From an uncultured Prevotellaceae bacterium (lineage in GTDB: Bacteria > Bacteroidota > Bacteroidia > Bacteroidales > Bacteroidaceae), in NCBI GenBank assembly GCA_937910905.1, contig CALEPV010000066.1:19759-83758 (forward strand): a DNA stretch of 64,000 bases. Reading direction: 5' to 3'. The notes below the pieces were generated by a model. It was not told the DNA's origin. It saw only the letters and a program-made list of their open reading frames with translations, and searched no databases. A program made the translations under genes and the position numbers. Numbering within the stretch: position 1 is the stretch's first letter; each line of letters begins with the position of its first letter. Shown piece by piece: positions 1 to 9,600 of the stretch.

Positions 1-2
1 TG

Positions 3-443
3 ACCGAGTGGCCCAAGGACACTGTGCTGCGTATGGTGGGCGGATATGTGGTAGAGGAACCAGCGAAGGCGCGACTGATGACGCTCTCGCGGATGTACGT
101 GTTCCACGACTGCTCGTCGGAGGCAGAGCTGTACCGCGACCCGACAGGCGTGGTGAGCGTGTGGCTGGGGGGCGGATTCATCAACATGCACCTGCTGCCC
201 ATGACGCAGGGCGGCGCTCAGGAGTGGGGCTATCTGCGCGACAGTACCTGCACCAACAGCCGTGGCGGAACCACTCACCACCTGTCGCTCTACCACTCGC
301 AGAAGGATGACGTGGCGGCCTACAGCGGTCATCTGTATTGCTGCATACCGCTGGACAGCGTAGCCTCGCCGCGTGCGGGAACCGACAGCATAGTGCTGGC
401 CATACACACTTTCAACGGCCAGCCGGCAGTGTGGAGATTCTGA
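3..443 (+). CDS. C-terminal fragment of an unidentified protein (5' end outside window)
   Basis: Frame of ORF 24..443 is open from the window edge and ends at TGA 441-443. No family recognised by eye. Confidence 0.4.
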   Translation, partial: TEWPKDTVLRMVGGYVVEEPAKARLMTLSRMYVFHDCSSEAELYRDPTGVVSVWLGGGFINMHLLPMTQGGAQEWGYLRDSTCTNSRGGTTHHLSLYHSQKDDVAAYSGHLYCCIPLDSVASPRAGTDSIVLAIHTFNGQPAVWRF

Positions 444-451
444 GAAACGAC

Positions 452-480
452 AGTAGCCAGCCCCGTTGAGGCTGGCTACT
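452..480. terminator. Bidirectional stem-loop between convergent genes (partial CDS and ackA)
   Basis: Perfect 11-bp stem AGTAGCCAGCC / GGCTGGCTACT with 7-nt loop CCGTTGA. Modestly T-rich flanks on both strands. Confidence 0.55.
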
Positions 481-536
481 ATCATTCTTGGGATGCCCGT
501 AGGCTATCCCGTGTGCTGTATGCCGAGGCTGCGATG

Positions 537-1733
537 TCAGCCCTGCACGATGGCCATGGTGTCGGTGGCTATCATCAGCTCCTCGTCGGTCGGGATGACG
601 CATACCTTCACGCGGCTATCGTCGGTGCTAATCACAGCTTCAGTGGCGCGGCAAGCGCGGTTCTTAGCATCGTCGAGCTTCACGCCGAGGTACTCCAGGC
701 CCTTGGTGGCACCCTCGCGCACCTCGTACTGGTTCTCACCAGCGCCGGCGGTGAAGAGTATTACATCCACACCACCCATAGCGGCTGCATAGGCACCAAT
801 GTACTTCTTGATGCGATAGGTGTACATCTCCTTGGCCAGACGTGCCAGGTCGTTGCCCTCGGCTATGCCGGCCAGGATGTCGCGGAAGTCGCTGCGGCCC
901 TCACTCACGCCGAGCAGACCGCTCTGCTTATTCAGCAGATTGCCGATGCCCTTGGTGTCAAGACCGAGCTTGTCCATGAGGAACGTCACGGCTCCGGCAT
1001 CGATGTCGCCCGAGCGTGTGCCCATCATCAGACCCTCCAGCGGAGTCAGACCCATTGAGGTGTCAACCACCTTGCCGTCCTTCACGGCTGCGATGGAGGC
1101 ACCGCCGCCGATGTGACAGGTGATGACCTTCGAACCCTCTACAGGCATACCCAGGAACTCCAGTACGCGCTTCGACACGTAGCGGTGGCTGGTGCCGTGG
1201 AAGCCGTAGCGACGCACGCCGTACTTGCGGTAGAGGTCGTAGGGCAGGGCGTACATGTAGGCATAGTCGGGCATAGTCTGGTGGAAGGCGGTGTCGAACA
1301 CACCCACCTGAGGTACCTCAGGCAGTATGGCCTTGACTGCATTCACGCCCTTGATGTTGGCGGGGTTGTGTAGTGGAGCCAGGTCGTTGCAGGCAGCGAA
1401 CTGCTCCATCACCTCCGGCGTGAGCAGCACGCTCTCGGAGAACTTCTCGCCGCCGTGCACCATGCGGTGCCCAACGGCATCGATCTCATGCAGGTCGCTG
1501 ATCACGGCCAGCTCTCCTTCGGTCAGCACCTTGAATATCACCTGCACGCCGGCTGTGTGCTCGGCTACAGGCACATCGAACTGTGACTTCTGCCCCTTGG
1601 CCTTCACCTTGATGAAGCTGTCGGGCAAACCAATCTTTTCTATGCCACCACTGGCAATAACGCTGCGGTCATCCATGTTGTACAGTGCATATTTGATGCT
1701 ACTGCTGCCGCAGTTAAGTACGAGTATCTTCAT
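537..1733 (-). CDS. ackA: Acetate kinase
   Basis: 398 aa. N-terminal MKILVLNCGSSSIKY and FHGTSHRYV motifs typical of AckA. pta lies nearby. Confidence 0.95.
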   Translation of the reverse strand: MKILVLNCGSSSIKYALYNMDDRSVIASGGIEKIGLPDSFIKVKAKGQKSQFDVPVAEHTAGVQVIFKVLTEGELAVISDLHEIDAVGHRMVHGGEKFSESVLLTPEVMEQFAACNDLAPLHNPANIKGVNAVKAILPEVPQVGVFDTAFHQTMPDYAYMYALPYDLYRKYGVRRYGFHGTSHRYVSKRVLEFLGMPVEGSKVITCHIGGGASIAAVKDGKVVDTSMGLTPLEGLMMGTRSGDIDAGAVTFLMDKLGLDTKGIGNLLNKQSGLLGVSEGRSDFRDILAGIAEGNDLARLAKEMYTYRIKKYIGAYAAAMGGVDVILFTAGAGENQYEVREGATKGLEYLGVKLDDAKNRACRATEAVISTDDSRVKVCVIPTDEELMIATDTMAIVQG

Positions 1734-1774
1734 GGGTTAATGGTTATATGATAACGATAATGCATATTAAACGT

Positions 1775-2416
1775 CTATCTCTTCTTTGGTATGACGAATC
1801 CTATCGGGTTGCGTTGGGCATTCAATTGCTTCTGAGCAGATTCTGCTTGAAGTTGTGCAATGGCATCATTGATGCTCTCCATTTGCGTGGCAATTGCATC
1901 GTGCTCCTTCGATAGCAGTTCGTTAATATCATTTTGGTCACGTAAGGTCTCTTCCATGTCAATGCGGAGCTGCTTTATCTCCGATTGCATCTGCTCCAGT
2001 TTAAGATGGGTCTCGCTGATTGTGAGCAGGGCCTGCTGCATTTGGAAGAATGCCCGCATGATGTTTATATTTACCTAAATGGCGATAGGTGTGCGTAGTA
2101 GACCTGACAACATTGCGACACCCTCTTGCGTGAATGCGTATGGAAGGTACTTGCTGTGTTGTCCACGACCACTCTTTAAGGTGAAAAAATCGCACCTTAA
2201 AGCATCATATTCCTCCTTTGTTAGTTCGAACATGAAGTCATCGGGGAAACGCTCAATGTTCATGCGGACTGCGCGCTTGAGGTTTTTTGTCTCAATGCCA
2301 TATAGCTGCGCCAAGTCACTGTCAATCATTACTCTGCGCCCTCGCAGCAAATAAATGCGCGACTTGATTGTCTCTGTGCTTGCTATGATTCTGCTATTAT
2401 CCATGTCGAACAACAC
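1775..2416 (-). pseudogene. ORF6N/KilA-N-like DNA-binding protein gene interrupted by one in-frame TAG (2075-2077)
   Basis: ORFs 2075..2416 and 1775..2059 are in the same frame. Read through, the junction is ...LLRTPIAI-TAG-VNINIMRAFFQM..., a continuous ORF6N-type segment. The region is visibly AT-richer than the flanks. Confidence 0.7.
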
Positions 2417-2428
2417 AATGGGAGTGGC

Positions 2429-3427
2429 TTACATCGCTTGGCAGGCTGTAATAGCTATCAAGTAGTAGATGTCATCGACGGAGCAGCCGCGGCTGAGGTC
2501 GTTCACAGGGCGGGCTATGCCTTGAAGGATTGGGCCTACGGCAATGGCATCACCTAAGCGCTGCACGAGCTTGTAGCCGATGTTGCCCACTTCGAGGTTG
2601 GGGAACACCAAGACGTTGGCATGGCCGGCGATGTCGCTGCCTGGAGCTTTCTTCTCTCCTACGCTTGCTACGAGGGCAGCATCGGCCTGCAGTTCACCAT
2701 CGATCTTCAGCTCGGGCTCGCGCTCCTTGGCCAGACGTGTTGCCTCAATAACCTTGTCTACCACCTCATGCTTGGCCGAGCCCTTGGTGGAGAAGCTCAG
2801 CATGGCCACACGTGGGTCAGCGAAGCCGGCCACACTGCGGGCAGTCTGTGCGGTGCACACAGCTATCTGGCTGAGCTGTTCGGCATCTGGCATAGGTGTC
2901 ACGGCCACGTCGCCTACTACCAGTACACCATTCTCGCCAAACTCAGGCTTCTGGGTGATGAGCAGCATGGCACCGCTCACGCAAGAGATGCCCGGCGAGC
3001 ACTTGATGATCTGCAGAGCAGGACGCAGTGTGTCGCCTGTGGTGGACAGTGCACCGCTGATTTGGCCGTCGGCGCCCTCGGTCTTGATGATCATGCAACC
3101 CAGATAGAGCGGGTTCTTCACTAGCTCACGAGCCTGCTCGATGGTCATGCCCTTCTTCTTGCGCAGCTCGCAGAGCAGCTGTGCATACTCCTCAGAACGG
3201 GGATTGTTCTCGGGGTCAATGAGTGTGGCCTCGTCGATGTGTGTCAGGTTGTGCTTCTTGGCCAAGGCGTGTACCTCGTCGGGGTTGCCGATGAGGATGA
3301 TATTGGCCAGCTTGTCGGCCAGTGCTCGGTCGGCAGCAATGAGTGTGCGCTCCTCGGTAGCCTCGGGGAGTACAATGCGCTGAGGATTGGCCTTAGCGCG
3401 GGCGATGATTGAATTTAAGAGTGACAT
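2429..3427 (-). CDS. pta: Phosphate acetyltransferase
   Basis: 332 aa. Pta-type sequence (IVLPEATEERTL..., C-terminal RPVNDLSRGCSVDDIYY). Confidence 0.95.
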   Translation of the reverse strand: MSLLNSIIARAKANPQRIVLPEATEERTLIAADRALADKLANIILIGNPDEVHALAKKHNLTHIDEATLIDPENNPRSEEYAQLLCELRKKKGMTIEQARELVKNPLYLGCMIIKTEGADGQISGALSTTGDTLRPALQIIKCSPGISCVSGAMLLITQKPEFGENGVLVVGDVAVTPMPDAEQLSQIAVCTAQTARSVAGFADPRVAMLSFSTKGSAKHEVVDKVIEATRLAKEREPELKIDGELQADAALVASVGEKKAPGSDIAGHANVLVFPNLEVGNIGYKLVQRLGDAIAVGPILQGIARPVNDLSRGCSVDDIYYLIAITACQAM

Positions 3428-3520
3428 AGTATGTATGTTAATGTATAATTGATAATATATAATGTATAATGTAAAATTGGCTGCACAATTGCGTCAGCCA
3501 TCGCTAACACTTATTGTTCA

Positions 3521-3621
3521 CTTTTCATTCCTCCATTCTTTACTTTTCATTCCTTCATTCTTTACTTTTCATTCCTCCATTCTTTACTTCTCATTCCTCC
3601 ATTCTTTACTTCTCATTCCCC
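3521..3621. repeat. 4.5 tandem copies of a 22-bp unit CTTTTCATTCCTCCATTCTTTA
   Basis: Units start at 3521, 3543, 3565, 3587 and 3609 (partial), with 0-2 mismatches each. The array fills the lpxH-pta spacer and supplies the lpxH stop codon. Confidence 0.95.
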
Positions 3622-4383
3622 TTCCACGTAGTTCTCCAGCCAGAATCGCTCGCCGTCGAACACGCCATAGGTGCACTGCGTTATCCAGTCGCCGAGGATG
3701 GCTATGTGCGATGTGCGGCTCAGCATGAGGTTCATCTCGATATGCCGATGGCCGAACACGAAGTGGTTCACTGTCGGGTGGCTGCGCAGGTAGTCCTTGG
3801 CGTACTGCACGAGGTACTCCTTGTCCTCGCCAAGATATGGCGGGTCGCCGCCTTCGCTATTGCCATGACCGGCGTGTTTCAGACGGCTGTGCTTGGCCCA
3901 GGTCTGGCCGAACCACATGCCCCAGCGCGGGTGCAACATGCCAAACAGACGCCAGCACACACGGTTGTGGAACACCTTGCGCAGGAATCGGAACTTAGGG
4001 TCGGGGTCGCCAAGGCCGTCGCCGTGGGCCAAATAGAACACCTTGTCGGCCAGTTCCACTGTGAGTGGCTCGCGGTGCAGACGCACCCCGCATTCGGTCT
4101 CAAGGTAGTCGCCGCACCAGATGTCATGGTTCCCAGTGAAGAAGTGTACCTCCACGCCCATGTCGGTCAGTTCGCTCACCTTGCCCAGGAAGCGTGTGAA
4201 GCCCTTCGGCACGACGCGCTTGTACTCAAACCAGAAGTCGAACATGTCGCCCAGCATGTACACTGCGCCAGCCTCGTGCTTGATACTGTCGAGGAAGCTG
4301 ACGAGGCGCCGCTCCTGCGTGCGGCGGTGCTGCAGGGCCAGGCAGCCCAGGTGGGCGTCACTGATGAAGTAGATGGGTTTCAT
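3613..4383 (-). CDS. lpxH: UDP-2,3-diacylglucosamine hydrolase (calcineurin-like phosphoesterase)
   Basis: MKPIYFISDAHLG...GNHD motifs. ATG at 4383 overlaps the upstream stop (ATGA). The track's longer ORF to 4434 is an upstream extension. Confidence 0.85.
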   Translation of the reverse strand: MKPIYFISDAHLGCLALQHRRTQERRLVSFLDSIKHEAGAVYMLGDMFDFWFEYKRVVPKGFTRFLGKVSELTDMGVEVHFFTGNHDIWCGDYLETECGVRLHREPLTVELADKVFYLAHGDGLGDPDPKFRFLRKVFHNRVCWRLFGMLHPRWGMWFGQTWAKHSRLKHAGHGNSEGGDPPYLGEDKEYLVQYAKDYLRSHPTVNHFVFGHRHIEMNLMLSRTSHIAILGDWITQCTYGVFDGERFWLENYVEGE

Positions 4384-4694
4384 AGCAGTCCAAGCTCCAG
4401 TTGTGCCTCTTCGCTCATCATGTTCTTGTCCCATTCGGGCTCGAACACCAGATTCACATTGACCGTGTCCACGCCATCCAGCGTCTCAAGTTTCTGCCTG
4501 ACGTCCTCCACCATGAAGTCGGCGGCGGGACAGGTGGGTGCGGTGAGGGTCATATCCACATCCAGCTGGTGCATGTCATCGCTTAGGTCGATGCGGTAGA
4601 TGAGGCCCAAGTCGTATATATTAACCGGTATTTCGGGGTCGTAGACGGTACGTAGCCGCTCTACGATGGTCTCCTCAAGTTGTAGTCTGTCCAT
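4380..4694 (-). CDS. DUF59/MIP18-family Fe-S cluster assembly protein (SufT-like)
   Basis: 104 aa. VYDPEIPVNIYDLGLIY and TLTAPTCPA motifs characteristic of DUF59. Confidence 0.8.
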   Translation of the reverse strand: MDRLQLEETIVERLRTVYDPEIPVNIYDLGLIYRIDLSDDMHQLDVDMTLTAPTCPAADFMVEDVRQKLETLDGVDTVNVNLVFEPEWDKNMMSEEAQLELGLL

Positions 4695-4699
4695 TGTGG

Positions 4700-5389
4700 T
4701 TATATCTTGCCTTCGTCGGCATAGCTGTAGTAACTGTTGGCAGTGATTATCACGTGGTCTTTCAGCCGTATGTTCATATAGTCGCAGGCCTTATGCAGCC
4801 GCTCGGTAAGCTGGTTGTCCATGGTGCTGGGGTGCGTGTTGCCGCTGGGGTGGTTGTGGCACACGATGATTGCTGTAGCCTGCCGCAGCAGTGTCTCGCG
4901 CAGCACGAGCCGCACATCGACGTTGACATCGTTGATGCCTCCTTTGCCTATCAGCACCGTGCGGTTGTCGCACAGACTGCTGTCGGCTCTCAGTGGCAGC
5001 AGGTGGAACTCCTCGTGCGACAGCTCTCCAATCAGGGCCGACATGAATCTGTATACGTCGGCAGATGACCGCAGGAGTAGCTTGCTGTCAGGCTGTTCCA
5101 TGCTGCGCCGCCGGGCCAGCTCTGTCGCAGCCATGATGGTTATGGCCTTCGCTTCGCCTATGCCCTTGTACCGACCATCGGTCAGCTCGTGGTAGGTCAT
5201 GCGTCCGAGCCTGTGCAGGCTGCCTTCGCAATCGGCCAGAAGCCGTTGCATCAGCTGTACAGCCGTCTCCTCGCGCGTGCCGCTGCCTATGAGTATAGCC
5301 AGCAGTTCGGCCTCACTCAGTGCCGCTGCACCTTTGGCCAGTAGTTTCTCGCGTGGGCGGTCGCCGTCAGGCTGTGACTTTATATTCAT
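4700..5389 (-). CDS. radC: RadC-family JAB-domain protein
   Basis: 229 aa. N-terminal RPREKLL...LSEAELLAILIGSG and JAMM motif HNHPSGN. Confidence 0.85.
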   Translation of the reverse strand: MNIKSQPDGDRPREKLLAKGAAALSEAELLAILIGSGTREETAVQLMQRLLADCEGSLHRLGRMTYHELTDGRYKGIGEAKAITIMAATELARRRSMEQPDSKLLLRSSADVYRFMSALIGELSHEEFHLLPLRADSSLCDNRTVLIGKGGINDVNVDVRLVLRETLLRQATAIIVCHNHPSGNTHPSTMDNQLTERLHKACDYMNIRLKDHVIITANSYYSYADEGKI

Positions 5390-6342
5390 TTGTAGAAGTT
5401 GTCCTTGAACGCTTCAAACTCACCCTTGCCCAGCACACAACGGCGCCACCATGCGCGCAGGAAGCCTGTGCCGTAGCCTGTGAGCTGGCACAGAGATGCT
5501 GGTACAGCCAGCGCTGCCACCTTGATGTCGCGCGTCTGGTAGAGTGCATCGACGAATACCGCTACGGCCAGCAGCACGGGCGGCACCACCAGCAGGCACG
5601 ACAGCGTGAAGGCCGCGGGCAGCATGTGCACGAGCTTCAGCGAGTCGGGGTACTTCTTGTAGAGGTTGATGCGGGCTATGCCGGAGTTGTGCACTTGCTT
5701 GAAGAACTTCTTGAGGTCCGTCCTGCGCTTGTGCCACACCCATGCATCAGGGAAGAGCCGACAACGGGCACCGCTCTTGAAGATGCGTATGCTCAGGTCG
5801 ATGTCCTCGCCGAAGCGCATCTTCGCAAAGCCGCCCAACTGCTGCCACAGCTCGCGGCACAAGCCCATGTTGAACGACCGAGGGTAGAACTTGTCGAGCT
5901 TGCGCTTGCCGCCACGTATGCCGCCCGTGGTGAGGAACGAGGTCATGGCGTAGTTGATAGCCTTCTGTGTTGGGGTGAAGTCGGGGTGTGCACGGTCTGG
6001 TCCGCCAAAGGCATCGCATGGCTCGCGCCTCAGTTCATCCTGTAGCGTGGCTACATACTGGGGTGGCAGCACGCAGTCGGAGTCCAGCACCACGTAGTAT
6101 TCACCTCGGGCACACTCTGCGCCGTAGTTGCGCGCCTGCCCCGGTCCGCCGTTCTCTTTCACGAAGTATCGGACGTCGAGCGTCGCGGCGTAGTCCTCCA
6201 CCACCTCGCGGCAGGGCACCTTGCTACCGTCCTCCACCACTATCACCTCGAAGTCGCTACAGGTCTGCTCACACAGGCTGGCGAGCAACTCTCGCACCTC
6301 GTCGGGGCGGTTGTATACTGGTATGATGATAGAGAACTGCAC
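5386..6342 (-). CDS. Family 2 glycosyltransferase
   Basis: FSIIIPVYNR...VVEDGS...LDSDC motifs. The start codon at 6342 is GTG. Confidence 0.8.
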   Translation of the reverse strand: MQFSIIIPVYNRPDEVRELLASLCEQTCSDFEVIVVEDGSKVPCREVVEDYAATLDVRYFVKENGGPGQARNYGAECARGEYYVVLDSDCVLPPQYVATLQDELRREPCDAFGGPDRAHPDFTPTQKAINYAMTSFLTTGGIRGGKRKLDKFYPRSFNMGLCRELWQQLGGFAKMRFGEDIDLSIRIFKSGARCRLFPDAWVWHKRRTDLKKFFKQVHNSGIARINLYKKYPDSLKLVHMLPAAFTLSCLLVVPPVLLAVAVFVDALYQTRDIKVAALAVPASLCQLTGYGTGFLRAWWRRCVLGKGEFEAFKDNFYK

Positions 6343-6378
6343 GTGTGTACGGCTGTAGGCGTTGTCTGATTGCGGCTA

Positions 6379-6386
6379 CAAAGGTA
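6379..6386 (-). promoter_or_regulatory. Bacteroidota -7 box TAccTTTG upstream of the GT2 gene
   Basis: Reverse complement reads TACCTTTG, 37 nt upstream of the start at 6342. Confidence 0.5.
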
Positions 6387-6547
6387 GTGCAAAGCAAGTG
6401 ATAAGCCAAGTTTTTCGGCCATTAATCCCGCTTGCTGCGTTGTATGCTGCGGTATGCTGCGGTTCGTCGGCGCACGAAACAATGCGCGGAAATGCCAAAT
6501 GTTGCTAAATAACGTGGCATCGGCACGGCCGATAGATATAATTTGCT

Positions 6548-6555
6548 TAATTTTG
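6548..6555 (+). promoter_or_regulatory. Bacteroidota -7 box TAatTTTG upstream of the DUF2723 gene
   Basis: TAATTTTG about 104 nt upstream of ATG 6659. Confidence 0.45.
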
Positions 6556-6572
6556 CGCCGCAATATGCGAAA

Positions 6573-6639
6573 TCAATCAGCATAGCGGCAGACTTCATCA
6601 ATCAGCGCAACAGCATATTCAATCAGCGTAACAGCATAT
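6573..6639 (+). repeat. Three direct 21-bp repeats TCAATCAGCG(C/T)AACAGCATAT in the 5' leader
   Basis: Copies at 6573-6593 (degenerate), 6598-6618 and 6619-6639. The last two differ by 1 nt and are contiguous. They end 20 nt before ATG 6659. Confidence 0.85.
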
Positions 6640-6658
6640 TTACATAGCGATACAGCTT

Positions 6659-9600
6659 ATGAAACATTTTCGTCTGGTGGACAATATAGGGGGCTGGCTG
6701 GCATTTGCCATTGCTGCTTTCACCTACTGTTCCACCGTGGAACCAACAGCGAGTTTCTGGGATTGCCCAGAGTTCATCAGCTCGGCCGTCAAACTGGAAG
6801 TCGGCCATCCACCAGGAGCGCCATTCTTCATGCTCACGGGCAATATGTTCGCCCAGTGGGTGGGTGCAGACAAGGCCGCCTACATGATCAACATTATGAA
6901 CGCGCTGCTTTCGGCAGGGTGTATCATGTTCCTCTACTGGACCATATCGCACCTCGCACGGCGAATACTGTGCAAGGATGGCTATGTCGGAACGCTGGCG
7001 CAGCTCATCACCATTGAGGTCGCAGCCATGACCGGTGCACTGGCCTATGCCTGGAGTGACACCTTCTGGTTCTCGGCTGTCGAGGGCGAGGTGTACGCCT
7101 ACTCATCACTGTTCACCGCGCTGGTGTTCTGGCTGATGCTCAAGTGGGAGGACAATGCCGACAAGCCGCACAGCGACCGCTGGCTCATCCTCATAGCCTA
7201 TCTGACAGGCTTGAGCATTGGTGTTCACCTGTTGAACCTGCTATGTCTGCCAGCAATCGTGCTGGTGTACTACTATCGTCGGCACAAGGATGCAACGGTA
7301 AAGGGCTCGCTCGTAGCGCTGATTGGCTCGTTCATGCTTGTGGCATTGGTGCTCTACGGATTGGTGCCAGGCATTGTGAAGGTAGGCGGGTGGTTCGAGC
7401 TTTTGTTCGTCAACCAACTGGGCTTCTCATTCAATACAGGCCTGATAGTGTACATCATCACTCTGGTGGCTGCAGTACTATGGGCCATATACGAGAGCAC
7501 TACGGCCACTGCCGAGGAGCGTTCCAACCCGTTCAATCTGCCCACGATATCGTTCATTCTGGCAGTGGCCATGCTGGGTATTCCATTCTATGGCAAGGGT
7601 GGGATGAGTGTGGTGATAGGCATTATTGCAATCTGTCTGCTATACTGGTTGCTCCAATACCGCAAGGACGGGCAGCCGCTCGTATCGGCACGTGTGATGA
7701 ACACCTCGCTGCTCTGTATGCTTATGATGATGATAGGTTATTCATCGTATGCCGTCATAGTGATACGTTCTACAGCCAATCCTCCTATGGACCAGAACTC
7801 GCCGGAGGACATATTCTCGCTGGGCACGTACCTCAATCGTGAGCAGTATGGCAGCAGGCCCCTGTTATATGGTCCTGCCTATACATCGACCCCGAAGCGC
7901 GAGCCTGTGACCATCAATGGCCAGCAGTACAGTCGTGTCAAGGCGAGGTATAAGGACGAATGGTACCAGGCCGAAAAGCAGAATCCAACCGACCCCGACC
8001 GCTACGCTTCGCGCTCCAGCATCGAGGACTACGAGTGGGAGCAGAACATGCTGTTCCCCCGAATGTACAGCTCATCGCGCAACCCAGACCATGTGCAGGC
8101 CTACGAGGAGATAATGAACGGCGTGTCGAAGGGCAGGGACGGGCTGCCTACGCAGTTTGAGAACCTGCGCTTCTTCTTCACCTATCAGGTCAACTTCATG
8201 TACTGGCGCTACTTCATGTGGAACTTCGCCGGCCGTCAGAACGACATACAGAGCCAGGGCGAACTGGAGCATGGCAACTGGATAACAGGCATAGCGCCGC
8301 TCGACAACGCCCGACTAGGCGACCAGAGTCTGTTGCCCAGCGACCTGCGCGAGAACAAGGGGCACAATGTGTTCTACTGTCTGCCGTTGCTGCTCGGTCT
8401 GTTGGGCCTGTTCTGGCAGGTGTACAATCGCAATGAGAACGGTGTTAAGCAGTTCTGGGTGGTGTTCTTCCTGTTCTTTATGACGGGTCTTGCAATCGTA
8501 GTCTACTTGAACCAGACACCGTTGCAGCCACGCGAACGCGACTATGCGTATGCCGGCTCATTCTATGCATTCGCCATCTGGATAGGCTTGGGAGCTGCCG
8601 CAATCAGCGACTGGCTGTCACGCGCATTGAAGGGCAAGGAGACTGTGGCCGCGCTGACATCGTGCCTAGCACTGCTTGTACCGGTGCAGATGGTGTCGCA
8701 GACATGGGATGACCACGACCGTTCAGGTCGCTACACATGCCGCGACTTCGGTCAGAACTACCTCAATAGCCTGCCCGATGAAGGCTTCCCGGTGATATTC
8801 ACCAACGGCGACAACGACACCTTCCCACTCTGGTACAATCAGGAGACTGAGGGCGTGCGCACCGATGCCCGTGTGTGCAACCTGTCATATCTCAACACCG
8901 ACTGGTACATTGACCAGATGCGTCGTCCGGCCTACGATTCGCCGGCGCTGCCCATACACATCAGTCGCTACTTCTATCAGGATGGCGGCAGCCTGGACGG
9001 TGCAGAGATTGTGTCCGACATGCTGGACCGCTTCATCAGTACTTTCCCAGGCGACAGCGCTGCGTTGGCACGCGAGGTAGGTGACAAGCCGCATGAGTTG
9101 CAGAATATCATAGACCACTGGCTGTGCAACACCGATGAGGCACGTCAGTGCATACCGACCGATGACATCGTAATCACCATCGACAAGGAGGCCGTGCGTC
9201 GTTCAGGAATGATGCAGGCTGCCGACAGCATACCCGACGAGATGCACATATCGCTGGCCGGGCGTGGCTACATGGGCAAGTCGGAGCTGATGATGTACGC
9301 TATGCTGGCCGGTGCCAAGTGGGAACGCCCGCTCTATGTCGCCGTGACGGTGGGCGAGGGCAACTATCGCAGCTTTGCCAACAACACGGTGCAGGAGGGC
9401 CTGGCGATGCGTATCACTCCGTTCAACACCAGGCAGAGCGGCCGTCGCGTCGATGCCGACCGCATGTACGACAATCTGGTGCACCGCTTCAAGTTCGGTG
9501 GTATAGACAATCCTGAGATCTATCTGGATGAGACCGTGCTGCGCATGGTGTACACCCACAGAACGCTGTTCGGTATCTGCGCCAACGAGCTGATAGCCCG

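Noticed and set aside
3514-4599. 361-aa plus-strand ORF beginning with repeated FHSSILYFSFLHSLL peptides
   Set aside because: Its N-terminus is simply the translation of the 22-bp tandem array. The remainder is antisense to lpxH and the DUF59 gene.
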